A stretch of 64,000 nt of DNA from Candidatus Levyibacteriota bacterium (GTDB taxonomy: Bacteria > Patescibacteriota > Microgenomatia > Levybacterales > UBA12049): contig JACQHJ010000004.1 in assembly GCA_016199085.1 (NCBI GenBank), positions 16,926-80,925 on the forward strand. Reading direction: 5' to 3'. Position numbers and translations under genes: made by a program. The notes beneath the pieces are model-generated. The model saw only the letters and a list, made by a program, of their open reading frames with translations, was not told where the DNA came from and made no database searches. Below, in pieces: positions 26,648 to 34,395 of the stretch (position 1 is the stretch's first letter; the number at the start of each line of letters is the position of its first letter).

Positions 26648-29020
26648 ATGAATAACTTTTTACTAAATATTACAAATATTGTTTCAATATTAATCTTTTT
26701 TTCCGTCTTTATAGTTTTAGCCGGAGCTTTGGTTGCGGTTCTTGGCTATCTTTTAATAATCTGGCATAGAAACAAAGAAAGAGAGAAAAAATCTCTTGAT
26801 TCAACGCTACTTCAAATAGCGCTTCCAAGGGAAAATGAAATTAAAATCGACGCTGCAGAACAGCTTTTTGCGGCTCTTGCAGGCATTAAACCAAGCGGAA
26901 GACTCTCCTTTTTAAAATACAGATATCCCATTTCCTTTGAGGTCGTTGGAATGCCAGGAGACATCAGATTCTATATCTACACACCCAATAAGTACAGGGA
27001 TATGATCGAAAAGCAGATCAACGCCTCATACCCCGACGCCGAAATTAAAGTTGCCGAAGAAGGAAATGTCAAAGGGGGAAAACCTGGTTTTATTCTGGGA
27101 AACGAATACAACATTTTCCAAAAAGACGGATTTGTCGCTTTTAAGCAGTTAAAACTCAAAGATTCAAACTACAAACCGATCAAAGTCTATAAAGATTTGG
27201 CAGTTGACCCCCTTTCTTCTTTAACGTCGGTTTTGTCCAAAATGAGCGAGGGGGAGGGAGCAGCCATCCAGATACTTATTTCGGGCGCCGATTCAAAATG
27301 GAGTAAGCTTGGAAGAAGTTTTATTGCAGAAACCAAAAAAAGAGAATCAAACCCAGAAACTGCAAAATACTCTTCAGATCCGAAAGAACTTGAGGGAATT
27401 GAGGGAAAGATTTCCAAACCAGGTTTTTATACCGTAGTAAGATTAGTTGTTTCATCAACTAGCAAGGAGGCTGCTGAGGCTCATTTAAATAACTTAGACG
27501 CTGCTTTTGATCAGTTTAGCGGCTCCAATTCTTTTACCAAAACCAGAATCTGGATGAAGGGAACCTTTATAAATGACTTTGTTTACAGGTATTTCCCAAT
27601 GAGAGGGTCTTTCTCGGTACTTACCTCTGAAGAGCTTGCGACAGTTTTCCATTTTCCAAACAAGTCTGTTGCGACACCTCATATCTACTGGTTAAATGCC
27701 AAAAAAGCACCCGCTCCCGTTCAAATACCGGAAAGCGGTTTATATCTTGGTATGAGCACATACAGAGGCATGGCAAAGCCAGTCTATATCCAAAAAGATG
27801 ATCGAAGAAGACACATGTATGTCATCGGAAAAACCGGTGTAGGGAAATCAGAGTTTCTAAAGGACATGATACTGCAAGACATTAAAAACGGAGAGGGAGT
27901 CTGTTTTATAGATCCGCATGACACAATCGATAAGCTTCTGCCTTTAATTCCGCCAGAACGAGCAGAAGACGTTATTTTGTTTGACCCCTCTGACACGGAT
28001 AGGCCGATGGGGTTAAACATGTTGGAAGCCCAGACTGAGCAGGAGAAACATTATATAGTCTCTTCAATAGTCGGACTTATGTATAAGCTCTATGATCCAA
28101 ATAAAACAGGTATTATCGGTCCTCGTTTTGAGCACGCAATTAGAAACGCGATGTTAACGGTTATGAGTGAACCCGGAGCTACTTTCATTGAAGTAGTCAG
28201 AGCTTTAACCGATTCAAGCTTTGTCCAAGAACTTTTGCCAAAAGTCCAGGATCCAATCATCAGACGCTACTGGACAGATCAGATTGCCCAAACCAATGAT
28301 TTCCATAAGTCCGAGACCTTGGATTACATTGTTTCCAAATTCGGAAGATTCGTTACCAATAAGATGATGCGAAACATCATCGGCCAGTCATATTCATCTT
28401 TTGACTTTAGAAAAGCTATGGATGAAGGCAAAATCCTTTTGGTCTCACTCTCCAAAGGAAAAATCGGAGAAGAAAATGCAAGCTTTTTAGGGTTGGTTTT
28501 GGTCCCAAAAATATTGGTAGCGGCAATGAGTAGACAAGACATGCCAGAAGAGCAAAGAAGAGATTTCTATTTATACGTTGACGAGTTCCAAAACTTTGCA
28601 ACCCCTGATTTTGCCCAGATTTTGTCCGAGGCCAGAAAATACAGGCTTAACTTAATCGTTGCCAACCAGTTTATCGGCCAAATGGACGAAGAGGTTAAAA
28701 ACGCTATTTTTGGAAACGTAGGATCAATAGTTTCTTTTAGGGTAGGCGTAACAGATGCAAATTACCTCCAGCATGAATATCAACCAACCTTTACAGAAGC
28801 CGATTTGATCAACATAGATGTTTTTAATGCTTATGTTAAAACAATCGTTAATAATGAGCCTGTAAGTCCGTTCTCCATGGATTTAACAAGAGATCTGACC
28901 AAAGAAAAACAAATGGAAAACCCAAGGGTAGCAGAGCTAATAAGGGAATTATCGAGGATAAAGTACGGTAAAGACGTAAGACTACTTGAGACCGCAATTG
29001 CCCAAAGAGCGAGGCTTTGA
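26648..29020 (+). CDS. VirD4/TraG/HerA-like P-loop ATPase (type IV secretion coupling-protein-like)
   Basis: N-terminal TM, Walker A GKTGVGKS, Walker B LYVDEFQN, and LSEARKYRL...ANQ. Confidence 0.9.
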   Translation: MNNFLLNITNIVSILIFFSVFIVLAGALVAVLGYLLIIWHRNKEREKKSLDSTLLQIALPRENEIKIDAAEQLFAALAGIKPSGRLSFLKYRYPISFEVVGMPGDIRFYIYTPNKYRDMIEKQINASYPDAEIKVAEEGNVKGGKPGFILGNEYNIFQKDGFVAFKQLKLKDSNYKPIKVYKDLAVDPLSSLTSVLSKMSEGEGAAIQILISGADSKWSKLGRSFIAETKKRESNPETAKYSSDPKELEGIEGKISKPGFYTVVRLVVSSTSKEAAEAHLNNLDAAFDQFSGSNSFTKTRIWMKGTFINDFVYRYFPMRGSFSVLTSEELATVFHFPNKSVATPHIYWLNAKKAPAPVQIPESGLYLGMSTYRGMAKPVYIQKDDRRRHMYVIGKTGVGKSEFLKDMILQDIKNGEGVCFIDPHDTIDKLLPLIPPERAEDVILFDPSDTDRPMGLNMLEAQTEQEKHYIVSSIVGLMYKLYDPNKTGIIGPRFEHAIRNAMLTVMSEPGATFIEVVRALTDSSFVQELLPKVQDPIIRRYWTDQIAQTNDFHKSETLDYIVSKFGRFVTNKMMRNIIGQSYSSFDFRKAMDEGKILLVSLSKGKIGEENASFLGLVLVPKILVAAMSRQDMPEEQRRDFYLYVDEFQNFATPDFAQILSEARKYRLNLIVANQFIGQMDEEVKNAIFGNVGSIVSFRVGVTDANYLQHEYQPTFTEADLINIDVFNAYVKTIVNNEPVSPFSMDLTRDLTKEKQMENPRVAELIRELSRIKYGKDVRLLETAIAQRARL

Positions 29021-29036
29021 TATAATTTCCCCACAT

Positions 29037-29107
29037 GCGCCCGTAGTTCAATGGTAGAACAGATGTCTTATACACATCATGCGTTGGTCCGATTCCAGCC
29101 GGGCGTA
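29037..29107 (+). tRNA. tRNA-Ile(UAU)
   Basis: Cloverleaf with acceptor GCGCCCG/CGGGCGT+A, anticodon arm GATGT-CTTATAC-ACATC (TAT at 29069-29071) and T arm GTTGG-TCCGATT-CCAGC. TATAAT at 29021. CCA not encoded. Confidence 0.9.
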
Positions 29108-29124
29108 CATTGCCCCCAGTTTCT

Positions 29125-30348
29125 ATGAAAAACATTGTTATTTTAGCAGCAGGATTAAGCAGTAGATTCTGGCCTCTTTCAACCCAAGCCCACAAAGCAT
29201 TTTATAAATGCGGATTGGGTAGAACCGTTATTGAAGAAACAGTTAGTTCGCTTTTGCCCTTGAAGCCAAATGAGATAGACATTGTTGTTTCCCCGAAAGA
29301 TTTAGAAAAAGCAAAATTCCTTTTTAATAAAAACGAAAACATTAAGATTTTTGTTCAGGAAAAACCAACAGGAGAAGGAGACGCACTCCTTACTGTTTTT
29401 AAAAACAAAAGTATTAAGGGAAATTTTTTCCTGACAACGGCTGACAAGATAAACGCAGGAGAAATATTAAAGCTTCTTCAAAAAGAAAAACAGGCAATTG
29501 CCCTAAGAATTACAGATACTCCTCAATTTTTTGGAATAGCTAGCCTTGATAGTAAAAGAAACATTGTCCCAGTCGTTGAAAAACCTAAGGCAGGCAAAAA
29601 CCCTACAAATTATCGAGTGACAAGTGGGTATTTACTTGACGGAAAGTTTATAAATCTTTTAAAGAAGGTTCCAAGCAGCCATTACAGTCTTGAAGAAGCT
29701 TTAAGCAAATACTTTAAAACGAATGAAGTTAAAGGAGTTTTTGTAGATAAAATCGATGATGTAAAGCTGAAATTTCCCTGGGACCTTTTGTCAATTAATA
29801 AACAAATTCAAGGTAAAATTAGTTTTAAGCATATCGATAAAAGCGCAAAAATCGCTAAAACTGCAATAATTGAAGGACCAATTTTTATAGGGAAAAATGC
29901 AAAAATAATGGATTTTGCAAGCATAGTGGGTCCTGTTTACATAGGAGATGATTCGGTTATTGGCACACATAGTCTTATTAGGCAAAATGTTTTTATAGAT
30001 CAAGATGTCTTAATTGGTAGCGGATCTGAGGTCAAAAATTCAATTATTTATTCAGGTTCAAGTCTCCATCGAAATTACGTCGGAGACTCTATTTTGGAAG
30101 AAGACGTAAAAGTTGGTGCGGGAACCGTCTTTGCCAATAGAAGAAACGACAGAAGGGAGATTAAGACACTAATAAAAGAAGAAAAAGTCTTAACCGGTCT
30201 TACTTCTTTTGGAGCAGTAATAGCAAGAGGAACAAGGATAGGGATAAATTCAAGTATTATGCCTGGAGTAAAAATAGGTCAGAAAGCTCATATTTGGCCT
30301 GCGAGTTTGGTCTTGAAAGACGTTTTAGAAGAAAGTATTTTTAAGTAG
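29125..30348 (+). CDS. Bifunctional sugar-1-phosphate nucleotidylyltransferase/acetyltransferase (GlmU-like, archaeal type)
   Basis: VILAAGLSSRFWPL and VEKP motifs, followed by hexapeptide repeats, NYVGDS and GAGTVFANRR. Confidence 0.85.
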   Translation: MKNIVILAAGLSSRFWPLSTQAHKAFYKCGLGRTVIEETVSSLLPLKPNEIDIVVSPKDLEKAKFLFNKNENIKIFVQEKPTGEGDALLTVFKNKSIKGNFFLTTADKINAGEILKLLQKEKQAIALRITDTPQFFGIASLDSKRNIVPVVEKPKAGKNPTNYRVTSGYLLDGKFINLLKKVPSSHYSLEEALSKYFKTNEVKGVFVDKIDDVKLKFPWDLLSINKQIQGKISFKHIDKSAKIAKTAIIEGPIFIGKNAKIMDFASIVGPVYIGDDSVIGTHSLIRQNVFIDQDVLIGSGSEVKNSIIYSGSSLHRNYVGDSILEEDVKVGAGTVFANRRNDRREIKTLIKEEKVLTGLTSFGAVIARGTRIGINSSIMPGVKIGQKAHIWPASLVLKDVLEESIFK

Positions 30349-30354
30349 ATAGAA

Positions 30355-30795
30355 TCAATGTTCTATTTGGTAAGGAACCAGGTTAGCGGGGTTAAACGGA
30401 TTTTCACTGAAAGCAAGGAGTGTTGCTGGCCCAGTAAAGATAAATAAATGTGCCACATTAGCGGGAAGAAGAATCCTCGTATTTACTCCTAGATTTCTGT
30501 GAACCTGCCTTTCTTTGGTGTTGGGATCTTCTAAAACAAGAGTATCTATATCTCCTTTATCTAAGAAAAAAAGCTCCCTATCTTCATGATAATGCTGACC
30601 CAGCCTGAATCCTTCTGGTCCTTCAGGAGTATTAATCCTTATTACCTTCATATTCCTAAAGGGCATTTCTCCATCATTTTGGAATTCAACTATTGTTCTT
30701 CGGTTATCTGTATGTGTTGGATTAACCCTTTCAATTACTACGCCTTGTAGAGGAGAGATTGGCCTAGCTGCTGATTCTAAAGGATGTTTTGCCAT
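30355..30795 (-). CDS. Cupin-fold protein (dTDP-sugar isomerase/epimerase-like)
   Basis: HTDNRR, LGQHYH...ELFF and PANVAH cupin motifs. Confidence 0.65.
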   Translation of the reverse strand: MAKHPLESAARPISPLQGVVIERVNPTHTDNRRTIVEFQNDGEMPFRNMKVIRINTPEGPEGFRLGQHYHEDRELFFLDKGDIDTLVLEDPNTKERQVHRNLGVNTRILLPANVAHLFIFTGPATLLAFSENPFNPANLVPYQIEH

Positions 30796-30805
30796 TTCGG
30801 TTAAT

Positions 30806-31666
30806 TTATAGTTCAGTCAAAACTGAAGTTTCCTTACCTCGTTCTGGTACATATTGAAGATATCTTTCTGTAGTTGAAAGCCTTTTGTGTCCCAAAGCTT
30901 TGGATAAAACAAGAAGGGAAACACCGTGTTTTAAGTGGTGGGCGACGAAAGTATGTCTTAGATCATTTACCTTGGCACTTTTTATTTCAGCAAGCCTAAA
31001 ATATCTTTCAACAGCGGTTCTTATGTTTCTTATAAGGAAGGGTTTTCCGCTTTTTGTAACAAAAAGATGGTCATCTGTTACCTTTGGCCTTACTTCCATA
31101 TATCTTTGAAGTGCTTCAGTTGCTCTTTTGTTTAAAGGAATCGTTCTTTCCTCGTGTTTTTCAAAAGGAGCAATATGCAATGTGTCTTTGGCAACGTCTG
31201 ATAGCCTTAGGTTTGCCAATTCTCCGATTCTGATACCCGTTTGGAGCAGAAGTTCAATTACGGCAAACATGCGGGGATCATTTCTGGCTGCATCGCGAAG
31301 AGCTCTGTACTCGGTTGGAGTGAGTATTCTAGGTGGCGCAAGCTGGTATTTAGGGTGTGATACCAAAAGGGAAGGGTCGTCGGTTATATATTCATTTACC
31401 TTTAAGAATCTATAAAAAGTTCTGGTTGAGTTAATTTTCCTTGAAACAGACTTAGGCGTATATCCTTCTGAAGCCAGCTTTGCCAAAAAGCTTTCCAAAT
31501 CTTCCCTTGAGACTTCATGAATCTCAGCTCTTTTAAGTTCCTCAAGAAATGAGATCAACTGGTCAATGTCCTTGCCGTAGGCAACTACGGTTGAGTTTGA
31601 TTTTTGGTTTCCTTTTAGATAATTTTTGAATTCTTCGTGGGCATTTCGAAGTGCAATTGGTTTCAT
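30806..31666 (-). CDS. XerC/XerD-like tyrosine recombinase
   Basis: SAM-like N-domain (TVVAYGKDI, SVSRKINSTRTFYRFL), TGIRIGEL, NDLRHTF and LGHKRLSTTERY. Confidence 0.9.
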   Translation of the reverse strand: MKPIALRNAHEEFKNYLKGNQKSNSTVVAYGKDIDQLISFLEELKRAEIHEVSREDLESFLAKLASEGYTPKSVSRKINSTRTFYRFLKVNEYITDDPSLLVSHPKYQLAPPRILTPTEYRALRDAARNDPRMFAVIELLLQTGIRIGELANLRLSDVAKDTLHIAPFEKHEERTIPLNKRATEALQRYMEVRPKVTDDHLFVTKSGKPFLIRNIRTAVERYFRLAEIKSAKVNDLRHTFVAHHLKHGVSLLVLSKALGHKRLSTTERYLQYVPERGKETSVLTEL

Positions 31667-31767
31667 ATATTCTTACAATGGCCTATAATATCACTCTTTT
31701 TACTCTACGTCAAGAAGAAAAAGAGGCCAAAAAGAGACGAAATATGCTAATATTAAGAGAGTATTCT

Positions 31768-32106
31768 ATGAAAAAAATAGCCTACATACTAGTCGTTTTT
31801 GGCCTGGTTCTAATCATTAATAGCCTTATTCACTCGATTTATAATCTGTGGCAAAAGCAAGACCTTGTAACTTCGGCACAGAAAGAGCTTGATAAACAAA
31901 AGGCCTTAAATCAAAAACTTAAGGCTCAAATAGAGTACGCTCAAACCCCTCAATTTATAGAACAACAGGCTCACGATAAGCTCTTTTTGGTCCGTCCAGA
32001 CCAACAGGAAGTTCTTTTTTCTGATAAGCCTATATTTTCAGAGGAAAACATTAGTACCAAGGCTAATATCCCAAATTGGAGAAAGTGGCTAAACTTGTTT
32101 TTGTAA
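31768..32106 (+). CDS. Septum formation initiator (FtsB/DivIC-like)
   Basis: N-terminal TM, coiled coil, and FIEQQAHDKLFLVRPDQ. Confidence 0.8.
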   Translation: MKKIAYILVVFGLVLIINSLIHSIYNLWQKQDLVTSAQKELDKQKALNQKLKAQIEYAQTPQFIEQQAHDKLFLVRPDQQEVLFSDKPIFSEENISTKANIPNWRKWLNLFL

Positions 32107-32128
32107 CAGCGACTTTAATTCACGATTA

Positions 32129-33115
32129 TTATCCTGCAGATATTTGGAATTGCCTTGAATCTTGCATTGCTCTTTGTGCAAAGCCTGACAATGGTCCTTC
32201 GCCGATTTCAACGAAACTTGTAGCTCCGATTCTTCGTGCTGTTTCTAAAGCCTCTCTAAATCTAACGCCGGAAGTTGACGCATTAATCAAATCTGCTTTC
32301 ATAGCATCAGGATCCAAGGTTGCCTCTGCTGTAGTGTTGCAAATAATAGGAAAAGAAGGTTTCCTAAAGGGGATTCTGGATAAATAATCAGTAAATCGAA
32401 GTTGCATCTCTTTCATAAGGGGACAGTGTGCGGCAATAGAAACGGCAAGTTGGATCGTTTTCTTGATTCCTAATTCTTGTGCATGAGCCATAGCGTTTGC
32501 GATATGTTCTTCTTTGCCGCTTAAAACAAGTTGGCCATCTGTGTTATCATTGGCAATCCATATACCTTCTTGTCCAAGTCTTTTCGATGTGGTAGAGCAG
32601 AGAAGTCGTGCAAGCTTGGGCGTTGCGCCTAAAAGCGCCAACATACCGCCTCTGTTTTCATCTTTTTCACCCACTTCTTTCATTAGTCTTCCTCTTTCAA
32701 CTGCAATACGTAGTGCTGTTTCCAAATCGACAACGCCGGCTGCTGCCATTGCGCTTACTTGGCCTGCACTATGCCCTAGAAAAGCAAGGGGTTGTTTTGT
32801 CTGATGAAGCAAGGGATTTACTTCAAGAAACGCAAAATAAGTTGCTAAGCTTACTCCGACTATGGCGGGTTGAGCATTTGCTGTGTCATCAAGTTTTTCC
32901 TTGGTACCATCGGACATGAGGGTTAATAGACCTGGTTTTATTAACTCAAGGTAATCAAAAACTCTTCGTGCAGCTTCAGAGTTATTGTACAAAGCGTTCC
33001 CCATGCCAATTTTCTGCCCTCCTTGGCCGGGTAAAAGATATACAATCTTGCCAGGAACTTTTTCTGTTTCAATAGGCGTTGAGACATCAAATAACTCCGC
33101 TCTTGCTACTGCCAT
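32129..33115 (-). CDS. fabD: Malonyl-CoA:ACP transacylase
   Basis: PGQGGQ, AQPAI, catalytic GHSAG, ERGRLM, AAHCPLM and FVEIG motifs. Confidence 0.9.
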   Translation of the reverse strand: MAVARAELFDVSTPIETEKVPGKIVYLLPGQGGQKIGMGNALYNNSEAARRVFDYLELIKPGLLTLMSDGTKEKLDDTANAQPAIVGVSLATYFAFLEVNPLLHQTKQPLAFLGHSAGQVSAMAAAGVVDLETALRIAVERGRLMKEVGEKDENRGGMLALLGATPKLARLLCSTTSKRLGQEGIWIANDNTDGQLVLSGKEEHIANAMAHAQELGIKKTIQLAVSIAAHCPLMKEMQLRFTDYLSRIPFRKPSFPIICNTTAEATLDPDAMKADLINASTSGVRFREALETARRIGATSFVEIGEGPLSGFAQRAMQDSRQFQISAG

Positions 33116-33214
33116 AGACAGGATTATACAAAACAGTTTCCTTATAAACAATTGTGGTTAAGGGTTAGGCTTTTGGGATTAAGCCCTATCCTAAATTGAG
33201 GCTAAAAATTTGTG

Positions 33215-33473
33215 TTGCGGGGCTAGGAGTTGCGCCTAGCCTATGAGATTATGCATCTGTTTCTTAGGTTACCCTAAGTGTCGGACTATATCTTCATCCC
33301 AAAACTTGGGAGCTCAGCGTGTAGTCTCTACGGGAATTCAACTATTATTGAATCTTCCCTCGGTATTGTCCTAAAAATTTAGGAGTTCACCGATATAGCT
33401 GAGTACTATTTTGGTATTACTATCAAAATGGCCCATTATTTTAAGCCTCATGTGCACTGTACACTACCCCGCG
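33215..33473 (-). tRNA. Initiator-type tRNA-Met(CAU) interrupted by a group I intron (exons 33473-33444 and 33253-33215)
   Basis: Spliced sequence CGCGGGGTAGTGTACAGTGCACATGAGGCT^CATAATCTCATAGGCTAGGCGCAACTCCTAGCCCCGCAA, with a C1:A72 mismatch. Confidence 0.88.
33254..33443 (-). mobile_element. Group I self-splicing intron, 190 nt, no ORF (IC3-like)
   Basis: P1 GGCU/GGCC with U-G at the 5' splice site, P3 CUCAGC/GCUGAG, P4 region UAUCGGUGAA...CAAUACCGAG, P7 GUAGAGACUA...GAAGAUAUAGUCC, and terminal G before the CAU anticodon. Confidence 0.92.
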
Positions 33474-33535
33474 CATAGAATACATTATAGCACGAATTTG
33501 CCTTAATTTGAAGCAAATGATAAAATAGTTTTTGC

Positions 33536-33608
33536 GCCAGGGTAGCTCAGTGGTGGTAGCGCCGGATTCATATCCCGGTGGTCGCGAGTTCGATCCTCGC
33601 CCCTGGTA
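33536..33608 (+). tRNA. tRNA-Met(CAU), elongator type
   Basis: Acceptor GCCAGGG/CCCTGGT+A, anticodon arm CCGGA-TTCATAT-CCCGG and T arm GCGAG-TTCGATC-CTCGC. Divergent from the intron-containing tRNA. Confidence 0.88.
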
Positions 33609-33618
33609 CTTTTCTTCT

Positions 33619-34395
33619 ATGCAAAACCCAATTGGAATAATAGACTCAGGAGTTGGCGGATTATCCATAGCCTCAAGTTTAATTAAAAAACTTCCCAATG
33701 AATCCTTTATTTATGTTGCAGATTCAAAAAACTGTCCTTACGGCCAAAATACTAGGGAAGAGATCTACAAATTGACCACAAAAATGATCAATTTTCTTTT
33801 AAAACAAAAAATTAAGCTCTTGGTTATTGCTTGTAACTCCATTACTGTTTCCTGCATTAATGACTTAAGAAGAGATTACTCTAATCTTCCGATTGTAGGC
33901 ATAGTCCCGGTTATAAAAACAGCCGTGGAAAAGACAAAAAACAAGAGAATCGGCATATTTTCCACCTTAATTACGGCAAATAGTAGCTATCAAAAAGATC
34001 TAATTGAAAAATTTGCTAAGGATGTTTTTGTTTTAAACAAGGGATCTTTATCGCTTGTGCCATTGATTGAAAATTTAAATTTTGAAGCCGTAGATGGAGT
34101 TTTAGAAAAAGAGTTAGAGTCTTTTAAAAAAGGAAACGTTGATACGTTGGCTCTTGGTTGTTCGCATTTCCCATTAATAAAAGACAGAATTCAAAAACAC
34201 TTACCAGGCGTTTTAATACTGGATTCAACGGAAGCTGTATCAAGGCAGGTAGAAAGAATTTTAGCTCATGAAAACCTGCTATCTAAAACCAATAATTCAA
34301 GTTATAATTTCTATACAACAGGAGATTTAAAAACATTAGAATACTTTGTCTCTAAATTGACAATTAAAGCTAAAACAAATAGAATTTCAATCTAA
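33619..34395 (+). CDS. murI: Glutamate racemase
   Basis: DSGVGGLS, PYG, IACNS and LGCSHFP motifs. Confidence 0.96.
   Translation: MQNPIGIIDSGVGGLSIASSLIKKLPNESFIYVADSKNCPYGQNTREEIYKLTTKMINFLLKQKIKLLVIACNSITVSCINDLRRDYSNLPIVGIVPVIKTAVEKTKNKRIGIFSTLITANSSYQKDLIEKFAKDVFVLNKGSLSLVPLIENLNFEAVDGVLEKELESFKKGNVDTLALGCSHFPLIKDRIQKHLPGVLILDSTEAVSRQVERILAHENLLSKTNNSSYNFYTTGDLKTLEYFVSKLTIKAKTNRISI

Noticed and set aside
28848-29195. 115-aa minus-strand ORF
   Set aside because: It is antisense to tRNA-Ile and the flanking genes, and its translation includes typical antisense-tRNA text.
30806-33473. Integrative element defined by the tyrosine recombinase and nearby tRNAs
   Set aside because: No duplicated tRNA 3' end was seen, the neighbours are housekeeping genes, and the protein has Xer-like size and architecture.
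33536-33608. Assignment of the CAU tRNA as lysidine-type tRNA-Ile2
   Set aside because: A UAU Ile tRNA is present and no tilS is seen in the window, so elongator Met is more parsimonious. This cannot be fully excluded without the whole genome.
33441-33698. 85-aa minus-strand ORF and the N-terminal extension of murI from 33532
   Set aside because: Both run through tRNA genes. murI most plausibly starts at ATG33619.
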